In this document: positions 29,217 through 36,941 of the stretch, piece after piece | How positions within the stretch are numbered: position 1 is the stretch's first letter | Layout of the letters: each line of letters opens with the position of its first letter | Source of the DNA: Phyllobacteriaceae bacterium | Lineage (GTDB): Bacteria; Pseudomonadota; Alphaproteobacteria; Rhizobiales; Rhizobiaceae | Assembly: GCA_031370195.1 (NCBI GenBank) | Contig: JANMQE010000793.1 | Span: 1 to 36,941 of the forward strand | Length of the DNA stretch: 36,941 bases | Direction of reading: 5' to 3' | Translations under genes and position numbers: made by a program | The notes under the pieces: model-generated | Told to the model about the DNA's origin: nothing | The model's input: only the letters and a program-made list of their open reading frames with translations | Database searches by the model: none

Positions 29217-30576
29217 GGACGGACCGCCTCAAATGCGCCAGCAGCGCGCCAAAGGAATCGTGCGACTGCGCCTCCTGTGCAGACTGAATCATGCACGCGT
29301 AAATCTCGGGCACAGTCACGACTGCATTGTCGAGAAGTGCATCGTCCCCCGCCTTCCATGATCCAAGCATGCGCAAATCTTTCGTATCTTCGTACCGCGC
29401 AATCATGCTGCGCAGTTGCAGCACCAGCTTCTGCTGCTCGGGCGTCCAGGCACGGTTGGCAAGCCTCGACAATGATGAAAGCAGGTTGATCGGCGGATAG
29501 CGCCCTTGGTTGGCAATCTCGCGGTCAAGCACGATGTGCCCGTCCAGAATGCCCCTTACTGCGTCGGCAACAGGATCATTTTGATCATCGCCATCGACCA
29601 GCACGGTAACAATTGCCGTGATCGAACCACCACCGTCCATGCCAGGCCCTGCGCGCTCCAGAAGTTTCGGCAGCTCAGCAAATACGGATGCAGGATAGCC
29701 CCTCGCCACCGGCGGTTCGCCTGCCGCCCCGCCAATTTCGCGCAACGCATGCGCAAATCGCGTCACGGAATCGAGCAAAAACAACACCCTCTTGCCTTGA
29801 TTGCGAAAATATTCAGCCACCCGCATCGCAAGCTGCGGCGCTGTCAATCGCATCAACGCTGTCTGGTCACTGGTCGCAACCACCGCAACAGTTTTAGTCA
29901 TCGCCGCCTTGCCGATCGCGTCTTCAACAAATTCCCGTACCTCGCGGCCACGCTCGCCGACAAGCGCCACCACCACGCAATCAAACGCATCAGTCTTCGC
30001 CAGCATGCCAAGCAACGTAGATTTCCCGACGCCCGAGCCTGCAAAAATGCCAATCCGCTGCCCGTAGCAAATCGGGGTGAAGATATCGATCGCCCGGATG
30101 CCGGTTTTGATCGACGCTTCAACGCGGCCTCGTTGCAACGCCGGAATACGCCCGCCAGACCCATCAGTCCCAGCTTCGCGCGCCATCGTCTTGAGAGGCG
30201 GCCCGCCATCAATCGGCACCGCCAAAGGGTTCAACACGCGCCCCAGCCAGTGGTCCGACGGGACATCGCTCTCCATCGGGTGCAAATATGCAGGATCGCC
30301 AATTTTGAGCTCGCGCGTGTCGTCAAACGGCGCGACAAGCACATCCTGTTCGCTGATCTGCACCACATTGCCGAAGCTGCCATGTCCCGCACAGTCATGT
30401 CCCGTAGCGTTGAACGCAATGCGGCCATGGATGGTAGCCTCACTCTGGATGCCGGCCACGCGAACCAGATCAGGTCTGACAGCCGTAATCCTGCCACCGC
30501 GCAACAGCATCGGCGTGCCCGCGGCAACTGCGGCAGAAGCGCGCCTAAGGCCCTCAAGCCCGTCCATGCGCATCAT
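29194..30576 (-). CDS. fliI: Flagellum-specific type III export ATPase FliI
   Basis: Walker A is GSGVGKSTLLG and Walker B is RVLFLLDSVTRFA. The rest reads as an F1/T3SS-ATPase body (GEPPVARGYPASVF, ITAIVTVLVDGDD). Confidence 0.96.
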   Translation of the reverse strand: MMRMDGLEGLRRASAAVAAGTPMLLRGGRITAVRPDLVRVAGIQSEATIHGRIAFNATGHDCAGHGSFGNVVQISEQDVLVAPFDDTRELKIGDPAYLHPMESDVPSDHWLGRVLNPLAVPIDGGPPLKTMAREAGTDGSGGRIPALQRGRVEASIKTGIRAIDIFTPICYGQRIGIFAGSGVGKSTLLGMLAKTDAFDCVVVALVGERGREVREFVEDAIGKAAMTKTVAVVATSDQTALMRLTAPQLAMRVAEYFRNQGKRVLFLLDSVTRFAHALREIGGAAGEPPVARGYPASVFAELPKLLERAGPGMDGGGSITAIVTVLVDGDDQNDPVADAVRGILDGHIVLDREIANQGRYPPINLLSSLSRLANRAWTPEQQKLVLQLRSMIARYEDTKDLRMLGSWKAGDDALLDNAVVTVPEIYACMIQSAQEAQSHDSFGALLAHLRRSVHEKPEIE

Positions 30577-31295
30577 TTTCCGCTCAGCATCTGGATGGCT
30601 TGATTGAGCGAAGACTCGGTCTGCTGGATCAGATTTGCAACGCTCTCAAAGTTTCTTTGCACAGAGATAAGCCGCGCAATCTGCTCAACAGTGTCGACAT
30701 TCGACGTCTCGGCAAAACCTTGCACGACGCTGTAGTCATCCCTGTCCGCCGCCGGTATCGCCGCCCCCTTCGGCAGTATCGCCAGCGAGCCATACCGGTA
30801 AGTCTCATCCGGCACGTCCGCGTCAAACACACCCACGCTGCCAACGATCGCATTGTTCTGGTGCAATATCCCGGCTGCATCCGCGCGCACCGGGCCTGAT
30901 GCCAGATTGATTTGCACAGGCGATCCGCCCTGATCAAGCACGGGGTCGCCGTCAAGACTGACCAGAGTCCCGTCTGGATCAATCTGGAACCTGCCGTCCC
31001 GGGTAACAGCCTCCCCCGCCGCGCTCTGGACCACAAACCACCCGGTTCCATTAATCGCAAAATCAAGTTGATTTCCGGTCTCCGTCAGCGGGCCTTGGCG
31101 TTCCGACAAGGACGCAAGACCCGGCGTCACGAAAGACACAGAAGACCGCGACAATCCGTCCAGCTGCTCGGAAAACTTGATGCCAATTTCGCGAAACCCC
31201 GACGTGTTGCTGTTGGCGATATTATCCGCAATCGTCGCCAGCCGCCGCTCGCCAGCGATCTGCGCGGACAGGGCAACATGAAGCCCGATGTCCAT
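30573..31295 (-). CDS. flgF: Flagellar proximal rod protein FlgF
   Basis: The ATG at 31295 gives MDIGLHVALSAQIAGERRLATIADNIANSNTSGFR, the rod N-terminal motif. The C-terminus is GFAETSNVDTVEQIARLISVQRNFE. The longer track ORF reaching 31577 would overlap the upstream gene. Confidence 0.9.
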   Translation of the reverse strand: MDIGLHVALSAQIAGERRLATIADNIANSNTSGFREIGIKFSEQLDGLSRSSVSFVTPGLASLSERQGPLTETGNQLDFAINGTGWFVVQSAAGEAVTRDGRFQIDPDGTLVSLDGDPVLDQGGSPVQINLASGPVRADAAGILHQNNAIVGSVGVFDADVPDETYRYGSLAILPKGAAIPAADRDDYSVVQGFAETSNVDTVEQIARLISVQRNFESVANLIQQTESSLNQAIQMLSGK

Positions 31296-31296
31296 T

Positions 31297-32082
31297 TCAG
31301 ACCCGCGTCCTGATTTTTGCCAGCGACGCCATAAGCGCGTCAGACACCCCGGCCTGGCCCGTTTGCCCGAATAGTGACGCAACCCCGCCGCTGCTGCCCG
31401 TTGGCGCGCCGTTGTCAACGTCCCAGAGCGTCGTGAAGCGCTTGAGGAATTGGTTGAGCTTGGCAGGGTTCTTGAAATCCGCCAGATCGATACGGCTCTC
31501 AAGCGTTTGAATCTGCTTGTCGATGTTGACCAGCGAAAAGACATCGGGCAAACGTAGCGCCGTTTTGACAACCTCATTCAGCGCCCTGTCCGCCAAAATC
31601 TCGGTCACAGTCGTAAGCTTTGCGGCGTTGCGCTGAAAGTAAAGCGCCAGCCGCACCCCTTCATTGTCGCTGCCTGCCTGCGTCTCCAATGATTGCCGGA
31701 CATATTTGTCCACAACACCCTTCTGCACGGAATCAAACGCCGTTGTCGCCGGACCATAACGCTTGAAATCAAAAGTCTTGGCAAATTCGAGATAGCGCTT
31801 GTCGGCAAGTCTGTTGACAAACGCATCCGGTGCGTCCTGACCCTCATTCAGGACTTTTCGGACAAAGGCCTTCGCGTAAGCCATGTCCTGCAATCCGAAT
31901 GCTGACATGGCAAACGTCAAAAGCCGCCTGTCCGACACAAACGCGTCAATCGTTTTCACGGAGCCGATTTTCTCGAGATAGTATTCCGATTCGCGCTGAA
32001 TTGCCGGCTGCCTGCGCAACACAGTCTCGGACCGCTGCAAGTCCCGCGCGATCAGGGAATAACTGGTGAAAGTGCTCGTCAT
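31297..32082 (-). CDS. DUF1217-like flagellar-cluster protein (orf20-like position)
   Basis: I chose the ATG at 32082 because a GAGG lies about 9 nt upstream; the track start at 32112 is GTG. Two internal similar segments are visible (IDAFVSDRRLLTFAMSAFGLQD and VTEILADRALNEVVKTALRLPD), as I recall for DUF1217. It is the first gene of the minus-strand flagellar operon. Confidence 0.65.
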   Translation of the reverse strand: MTSTFTSYSLIARDLQRSETVLRRQPAIQRESEYYLEKIGSVKTIDAFVSDRRLLTFAMSAFGLQDMAYAKAFVRKVLNEGQDAPDAFVNRLADKRYLEFAKTFDFKRYGPATTAFDSVQKGVVDKYVRQSLETQAGSDNEGVRLALYFQRNAAKLTTVTEILADRALNEVVKTALRLPDVFSLVNIDKQIQTLESRIDLADFKNPAKLNQFLKRFTTLWDVDNGAPTGSSGGVASLFGQTGQAGVSDALMASLAKIRTRV

Positions 32083-32235
32083 GCGCGTTGCCTCATCATG
32101 CTCAGTTTGCACACGCGACCTTGCGCGAAGCTCGTGCGGGAAACGCAGGACGAGATACTTGAACGACCGGCTTCAAGCCTCGCGCAAGTCTGACACCTTA
32201 GCCAATTGCTGCAACACTTGAGGAAACAGTGACTT
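32083..32235. promoter_or_regulatory. Divergent control region between the DUF1217-flgF... operon and the motA-fliMNG-flhB operon
   Basis: This call is positional: the 153-nt gap separates two divergent flagellar operons. It contains the inverted repeat CTTGAA (32158-32163)-N8-TTCAAG (32172-32177). No promoter consensus was identified. Confidence 0.45.
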
Positions 32236-33093
32236 ATGGGAATTATCATCGGCCTGATCATGACCCTTGGCTGCGTGCTCGGCGGCTTCATGGCGATGGG
32301 CGGGAAGGTCATGGTTCTCTATCAGCCGTGGGAGTTTGTCATCATCGGCGGCGCCTCCGTCGGCACATTTCTGATCGCCAATCCGATTGCTGTGGTGAAG
32401 GATTCGGGCAAGGGCTTCGTGGAAGCGATCAGGAATTCGGTTCCCAAGGAAAAAGACTATCTCGATCTCCTCGGCCTGATCTACAGCCTTCTGAAAGCAT
32501 TAAAAGAGAAGCCAAAAAACGAAGTGGAGACCCACATCGACAACCCGGAGGAATCGACAATTTTTCAGGCCTACCCGCGTGTTCTAAATCAGGTTGGCCT
32601 GCGCAACTTCATCTGTGACTACTGCCGCCTGATCATGGTCGGCAACGCCCGACCGCATGAGGTTGAAGCGTTGATGGAGGAGGAGATCCATACAATCCGC
32701 CACGACAAGCTGAAAGCCTACCACGCGCTGCAAGCTGTCAGTGATGGACTGCCGGCTCTCGGCATCGTGGCCGCCGTTCTGGGCGTGGTCAAAGCCATGG
32801 GCCACATCGACGCCTCGCCGGAAGTCCTTGGCGGGCTGATTGGCGCCGCCCTCGTTGGCACCTTCTTCGGCATCTTCATGTCCTATTCGGTCATCGGCCC
32901 CGTCGCCACCAAGATCAAGGTAGTGCGCGAGAAAAACCTGCGTGAATATTTCGTCGCCAAGCAGGCGCTGATTGCCCACATGAACGGATCACTGCCGCAG
33001 ATCGCGCTCGAATTTGGCCGCAAAGCCATTTCCGCCTACGACCGCCCGACTCTTGACGCCGTCGAGCAGGCAACCATGAATGCAACCGCATGA
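32236..33093 (+). CDS. motA: Flagellar motor stator protein MotA
   Basis: It has four TM segments, the N-terminus [23 protein letters not shown] and the conserved [26 protein letters not shown] Shine-Dalgarno sequence lies upstream. Confidence 0.93.
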   Translation: MGIIIGLIMTLGCVLGGFMAMGGKVMVLYQPWEFVIIGGASVGTFLIANPIAVVKDSGKGFVEAIRNSVPKEKDYLDLLGLIYSLLKALKEKPKNEVETHIDNPEESTIFQAYPRVLNQVGLRNFICDYCRLIMVGNARPHEVEALMEEEIHTIRHDKLKAYHALQAVSDGLPALGIVAAVLGVVKAMGHIDASPEVLGGLIGAALVGTFFGIFMSYSVIGPVATKIKVVREKNLREYFVAKQALIAHMNGSLPQIALEFGRKAISAYDRPTLDAVEQATMNATA

Positions 33094-34040
33094 GCACGCT
33101 TGAAAGCACCCCGGGCGAGATCATTCACCCTGTTGTCTGGGCTGACATTCTGGTCGGCCAAAAAGATGGCCAAAAAGGCGGAGATGACAAGCTTTCCGCA
33201 TTTGCGAGCGCTGTGGAAGCAATGGTCGCACAATTGACATCCGTGCTCTTCGGCAGCCAAGACACTGTCAAACTCTGCGCCTTCGCTCCCAAAGTTCAAT
33301 CAACAGCCGAATGGCAGACAGACACCGAACCTTCAGCCGTCATCATAGAGTTTATCTTTGCAGAACAAGATCAACTCTGCGCGATACTCGCCTTGAATGC
33401 CAACCTCATAGGAAGTTCATTGGCCGGCTATCTTGGTGCTCCAGAGCCGTTTGCATCAGCCGATCGGTCATCTGGCATCACCAGTATGGGATCGCGCTAC
33501 CTCTCACACATCGCCCCTGCGCTCATGGAGACATTGCAGCCGCTCTCAAGACTGAATATGTCCAGCCACCGTCTTTGCGTCACTGCACAATGGCAGATTT
33601 CTCAAGCGGCCGAACTCTACGTCGCGTGTGTCGCGTTGGCGCAGTCGCCGGAAGCCGCCCTCCTGTCAATCGCCATTCCCACGCACATTCTGGCAATCAA
33701 TTCTGAAGAGGAGCAGGACACTGAATTGGCTGTCTACGCCGCTGGTCATTCGAAAGTCCGGGAACTTGGCAGGACCAAAGTCAAGGTGGACGTATTCGTC
33801 CGAGCTGCCGATCTGACACTTGAGCGCATTCGTTCACTCAGTGAAGGGGATGTCATTGGCATGGAACAGGCGGGGCTCGGTGAGGCCCGCGCAATTGCAA
33901 AGGGACAAGGCATATTCGCCGGGCAGATCGGTCGTTCAGGCGGTGCCTATTCGATTCGGGTGACGCAAACGGGCACGGTCGCATCAAAAGTCGCCGCGTC
34001 CACGCATTCAAACCACAATGGATCGAGACCGTTGAAATGA
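33090..34040 (+). CDS. fliM: Flagellar motor switch protein FliM (divergent)
   Basis: It lies between motA and fliN. The C-terminal SpoA-like segment is [30 protein letters not shown]. The middle domain is recognisable only weakly by eye. ATGA overlaps occur at both ends. Confidence 0.72.
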   Translation: MSTLESTPGEIIHPVVWADILVGQKDGQKGGDDKLSAFASAVEAMVAQLTSVLFGSQDTVKLCAFAPKVQSTAEWQTDTEPSAVIIEFIFAEQDQLCAILALNANLIGSSLAGYLGAPEPFASADRSSGITSMGSRYLSHIAPALMETLQPLSRLNMSSHRLCVTAQWQISQAAELYVACVALAQSPEAALLSIAIPTHILAINSEEEQDTELAVYAAGHSKVRELGRTKVKVDVFVRAADLTLERIRSLSEGDVIGMEQAGLGEARAIAKGQGIFAGQIGRSGGAYSIRVTQTGTVASKVAASTHSNHNGSRPLK

Positions 34041-34453
34041 CCACTACCGCCGCCGCTCAAGACCAGCAAGGCCAGGCAAATGCGCTGCCAGCCGATGCGC
34101 CGGAAGATTCCGAGCGGGAGTTGAACCGGGCGATTGAGGAACTGCGCGGAATATCCAGCCGGGCAGGGGGGCCTGCTTCCGGGCGGGCAGATGAAGCCAA
34201 GCCCGCTAATGTATCCTCAAGCGGTGCCGCACTCCAAATTCCGCTGGAGGTCAATGTAATTCTGGGATCAACCGAGCTGACATTGGCGGAGCTGTCCGTC
34301 CTGAAGATTGGCTCCACACTCAAACTTGACCGGATTATCGGCGACCCGCTCGATCTGGTAGTCAACGGCATCAGGATCGCAAGGGGCGAACTGGTTATCG
34401 CCGACAAGCAGTCAAACACATTCGGCTTTCGCATCTCAAGCGTGATTTCCTGA
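34037..34453 (+). CDS. fliN: Flagellar motor switch protein FliN
   Basis: The C-terminal SpoA/FliN domain is LEVNVILGSTELTLAELSVLKIGSTLKLDRIIGDPLDLVVNGIRIARGELV. The N-terminus is low-complexity. Confidence 0.9.
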   Translation: MTTTAAAQDQQGQANALPADAPEDSERELNRAIEELRGISSRAGGPASGRADEAKPANVSSSGAALQIPLEVNVILGSTELTLAELSVLKIGSTLKLDRIIGDPLDLVVNGIRIARGELVIADKQSNTFGFRISSVIS

Positions 34454-34475
34454 TCAAGACAGTTGGCGCTCGCAA

Positions 34476-35483
34476 ATGGACACTCAAACCAAATACTCCG
34501 CCGCGCAAATGGCAGTGGCCGTTGTCATCGCCACCGAGCAGCCGCTGGTCGCGGACATTTTGAAGTTTCTGGCAAAGTCAGAGATTGACGCGCTGTTGGC
34601 CAACGCAAGACTGATGAAAAAAATCGACCAAAAAGACCTGCAGGACATCATCACGCAATTTGAGAAGGAGTTTGTCGATGGTGTCGGAATTCTGAACTCG
34701 TTCGATCAGCTCAGCGAAGCTGTTTCGCAAAGTGAAGCCAATGCCGCAGGGCAGAGCGAAACCGGCCAAACTGAACCTGCCCCAAAATCAGGATGGGAGC
34801 TGCTTCTCGAGGTTGAACCACAAGAGGTTGCCGACTACCTGACCAGCGAACACATGCAGGCCGCCGCCTACATTCTCTCGCAAATGCCTGCCTCGCGCAC
34901 ATCCGAAATCATCTCCCTTATGGGCCGCCCTGTGGCACTGCCCTTGCTGGCGCGCCTGATGGACATCACCGACGTTACGCCAGCGGCAAAAGAATTTGTC
35001 GAAAGCGCTCTCATCGCCAGGTTTGGGCAAATCAAGCCGGGCAAGGCAAAAAACTCAGGTGCGGGTGTTGCTGCCATTTTGAATGAGATGAACCAGCAGG
35101 ACTCCGAATCCTATTTGAACGACATGACAGGCATGCTCACCGCCGAAATCATGAGCGGCATCAAGTCGATGCTGTTCCGGTTTGAGGATATCCCGAACCT
35201 CGGTAAAACCGCGCGCGCCACCGTGTTTGATCTGGTGCCGATCGATATGCTGACGCTCGCCTTGCGTGACGCCCCACCTGACATCGCGGAAGCTGCGCTC
35301 TCCAGCATTGGCCAGCGCTCGCGCCGCATGATTGAAAATGATCTGCGGTCCAAAACCACAGCTCGCCCTGCCGATATCGCCAAAGCCCGCAGACAAATTG
35401 TCGCAGAAGTCATGCGTCTTGCTACGCAAGGACGGATCGAGCTCGTTGCCGAACCGCTTGCCACAGCCCCGCTTGCCGCTTGA
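34476..35483 (+). CDS. fliG: Flagellar motor switch protein FliG
   Basis: The overall layout matches FliG, including MLFRFEDIPNL (compare the MFxFEDL motif) and the C-terminal torque-helix region IAEAALSSIGQRSRRMIENDL. Confidence 0.92.
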   Translation: MDTQTKYSAAQMAVAVVIATEQPLVADILKFLAKSEIDALLANARLMKKIDQKDLQDIITQFEKEFVDGVGILNSFDQLSEAVSQSEANAAGQSETGQTEPAPKSGWELLLEVEPQEVADYLTSEHMQAAAYILSQMPASRTSEIISLMGRPVALPLLARLMDITDVTPAAKEFVESALIARFGQIKPGKAKNSGAGVAAILNEMNQQDSESYLNDMTGMLTAEIMSGIKSMLFRFEDIPNLGKTARATVFDLVPIDMLTLALRDAPPDIAEAALSSIGQRSRRMIENDLRSKTTARPADIAKARRQIVAEVMRLATQGRIELVAEPLATAPLAA

Positions 35484-35501
35484 TATAGAAAAGGCTGCGC
35501 T

Positions 35502-36554
35502 TTGGAAGACACAGACAAGGACAGCAAAACCGAAACCGCGACAGACAAGCGCGTCAGCGATTCGCTTGACGAAGGTAATGTGCCTTTCTCGCGAGAGGTT
35601 CCGCTGGTCGCCTCAATAGTTGTCTTTTGGGCCTATTACGCCTCCTTCGGCAATGGGGACTCCATGGAGATATCAACAATTCTCCACGCCGCCGTTGATT
35701 CAAATGTCAGACAGGAGCCGATCTCCAATCCGGAAATGTTCAAACTGATCTGGCAGCTTTTTTCCGGCGTTGCGATTGCCCTGTCGCCATTTTTTGTGGC
35801 GCTGGTCGTCTCTGGATTGCTATCCTCCATTCTTCAAAATCAACCAAGGCTCATCTCAAACCGGATCGCCCCGAAGTTTTCAAGGATATCGCCCGCCGCA
35901 GGCTGGAAGAGGTTGAACTCGGCCAAAAACTATTTCGACTTCTTGAAGTCGCTGATGAAAGTCGCGCTCTTTCTGTCAATTTTCTCATTTCAGATGGACG
36001 ACACCATCAGGGAGGTGACAATCATGGTCCGCCGGAGTGCCGATGCCGCACCGGTTGCCATCGCATCTTTGGTCTCGCAAATGATTGCCGCCGTGTGCAT
36101 CGCAGCAGTCGCCGTCGCGGCGGTCGATCTCGTCTGGCAACGGAAAAACTGGCTCAACGATCTGAAAATGACGCTACAGCAGGTCAAGGACGAGATCAAA
36201 CAGGCGGAGGGCGACCCGATTGTCAAAAGCCGTTTGCGATCACTGGGCAGAAGCCGCGCGCGCAACCGCATGATGAAGTCGGTGCCAACGGCAACATTGA
36301 TCATCGCCAACCCGACACACATCGCCATCGCGCTGCGATACGACCGCGCCCGCGACGCTGCGCCGGTCGTCGTTGCGATGGGTGCGGATTTGATCGCGCA
36401 GCGCATCCGCGAAATCGCCTCCGACCACGCAATCCCTGTTTTTGAACAGGTTGATCTCGCCCGCGCGCTGTTCAAGGTTGTCCGGGTGGATCAGATCATC
36501 CCGCAAAATTTTTATCAGGCGCTCGCCGTGCTGATCCGCGAGATCGAACGCTGA
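35502..36554 (+). CDS. flhB: Flagellar type III export switch protein FlhB
   Basis: The N-terminus is ...DKDSKTETATDKRVSDSLDEGNVPFSREV, followed by four TM segments and the NPTH autocleavage site (LIIANPTHIAIALRYD). The start codon is TTG at 35502, with AAGG about 9 nt upstream. Confidence 0.93.
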   Translation: MEDTDKDSKTETATDKRVSDSLDEGNVPFSREVPLVASIVVFWAYYASFGNGDSMEISTILHAAVDSNVRQEPISNPEMFKLIWQLFSGVAIALSPFFVALVVSGLLSSILQNQPRLISNRIAPKFSRISPAAGWKRLNSAKNYFDFLKSLMKVALFLSIFSFQMDDTIREVTIMVRRSADAAPVAIASLVSQMIAAVCIAAVAVAAVDLVWQRKNWLNDLKMTLQQVKDEIKQAEGDPIVKSRLRSLGRSRARNRMMKSVPTATLIIANPTHIAIALRYDRARDAAPVVVAMGADLIAQRIREIASDHAIPVFEQVDLARALFKVVRVDQIIPQNFYQALAVLIREIER

Positions 36555-36596
36555 ATTCGTCAAGCGTCACCGCTGTCTTCCGGACCGCGAATAGGT

Positions 36597-36941
36597 CTAC
36601 TGGAACAGGGCCAGAATATTCTGCGCCGAAGCGTTGGCAATCGACAGGGCCTGAATTCCGAGCTGCTGCTGCGTCTGCAATGCCTGCAAACGCGTGGACT
36701 CCTTTGAGATATCTGCATCAACCAGTGTCCCGATCCCGAGTTCAATGGAGTCGAGCAGTGTCTTCACAAAGTCCCCTTGGATAGAAATGCGCTTCTTCAC
36801 CGCCCCGGTCTCGGACGTGGAAGACGCCAGTTGCGCAAGCTTTGCATCTACGGCGGAAATCATGTCGTCGATGTCCGTGTTGTCCACACCCACAGCAGTG
36901 ACGTCGAGCGTCGTCAGCGAAACAGTCTGCGCCCCGGCACC
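36597..36941 (-). CDS. fla: Second flagellin paralogue (partial; N-terminal part runs off the right edge)
   Basis: Translating the minus strand to the window end gives GAGAQTVSLTTLDVTAVGVDNTDIDDMISAVD...TRLQALQTQQQLGIQALSIANASAQNILALFQ. This aligns residue for residue with the C-terminal third of the flagellin at 21472-22392. Confidence 0.92.
   Translation of the reverse strand, partial: GAGAQTVSLTTLDVTAVGVDNTDIDDMISAVDAKLAQLASSTSETGAVKKRISIQGDFVKTLLDSIELGIGTLVDADISKESTRLQALQTQQQLGIQALSIANASAQNILALFQ

Noticed and set aside
29506-30603. A 365-aa plus-strand ORF spanning most of the fliI locus.
   Set aside because: It is entirely antisense to a clearly recognisable FliI ATPase. Its translation is Arg/His/Ala/Pro-rich and low-complexity with no motifs. 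This is a typical spurious antisense ORF in GC-rich DNA.
31296-31577. A 94-codon N-terminal extension of the flgF ORF (the track ORF 30573-31577).
   Set aside because: The extension overlaps the 3' end of the DUF1217-like gene in another frame and is Arg/Ser/Trp-rich. The ATG at 31295 yields the canonical rod-protein N-terminus (…ATIADNIANSNTSGFR).
34578-34598. A SEIDALL heptapeptide in the FliG N-terminal domain that resembles the FliM CheY-docking motif LSQxEIDxLL.
   Set aside because: It aligns with the ordinary FliG N-domain helix (E. coli ...HLSQREVQTLS...). It is internal rather than on a flexible N-terminal peptide. The resemblance is most likely coincidental.
1-36941. A window-wide scan for CRISPR repeats, IS elements with terminal inverted repeats, integrases, tRNA/rRNA genes, toxin-antitoxin pairs or defence-like genes.
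   Set aside because: I recognised none of these. Coding density is very high, all gaps are about 225 nt or shorter, and every long ORF on the chosen strand has a housekeeping or flagellar assignment apart from the two conserved-unknown flagellar ORFs reported above.

Overview
This is a 36.9-kb, gene-dense, moderately GC-rich chromosomal segment. By gene content and order it looks alphaproteobacterial (Hyphomicrobiales/Rhizobiales-like). The left ~21.4 kb is housekeeping: rpoN(partial)-lptB-lptA-lptC on the minus strand, then sppA, ihfB, a lapA-like gene, two RNA methyltransferases coupled to lspA, acuI/yhdH, a hybrid histidine kinase, an olsB-like acyltransferase, mutS, glnD, murJ, trpS, a universal stress protein and a NifU/Nfu protein. 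It ends at a strong hairpin plus T-run terminator. The right ~15.5 kb is a flagellar cluster in the order I remember for Sinorhizobium/Agrobacterium-type flagellar regulons. The minus strand carries flagellin, fliP, fliL, flgH, motE-like, flgI, flgA, flgG, fliE, flgC, flgB, an unknown membrane ORF, fliI, flgF and a DUF1217-like ORF. The plus strand carries motA-fliM-fliN-fliG-flhB, followed by a second, edge-truncated flagellin on the minus strand. I found no tRNA/rRNA genes, IS or transposase genes, integrases, CRISPR arrays, prophage genes or defence-like genes. Every gap is about 225 nt or shorter. I therefore do not see a convincing undescribed multi-gene system; this looks like an ordinary core-genome plus flagellar region. 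The best leads are modest: two conserved-unknown genes inside the flagellar operon (one starts inside fliI), a FliM with no recognisable N-terminal CheY-docking peptide, a hybrid kinase with a degenerate internal receiver-like module, two flagellin paralogues bracketing the cluster as direct repeats, and repeat motifs in the flagellin leader. All homology calls come from reading the translations by eye; no searches were run.
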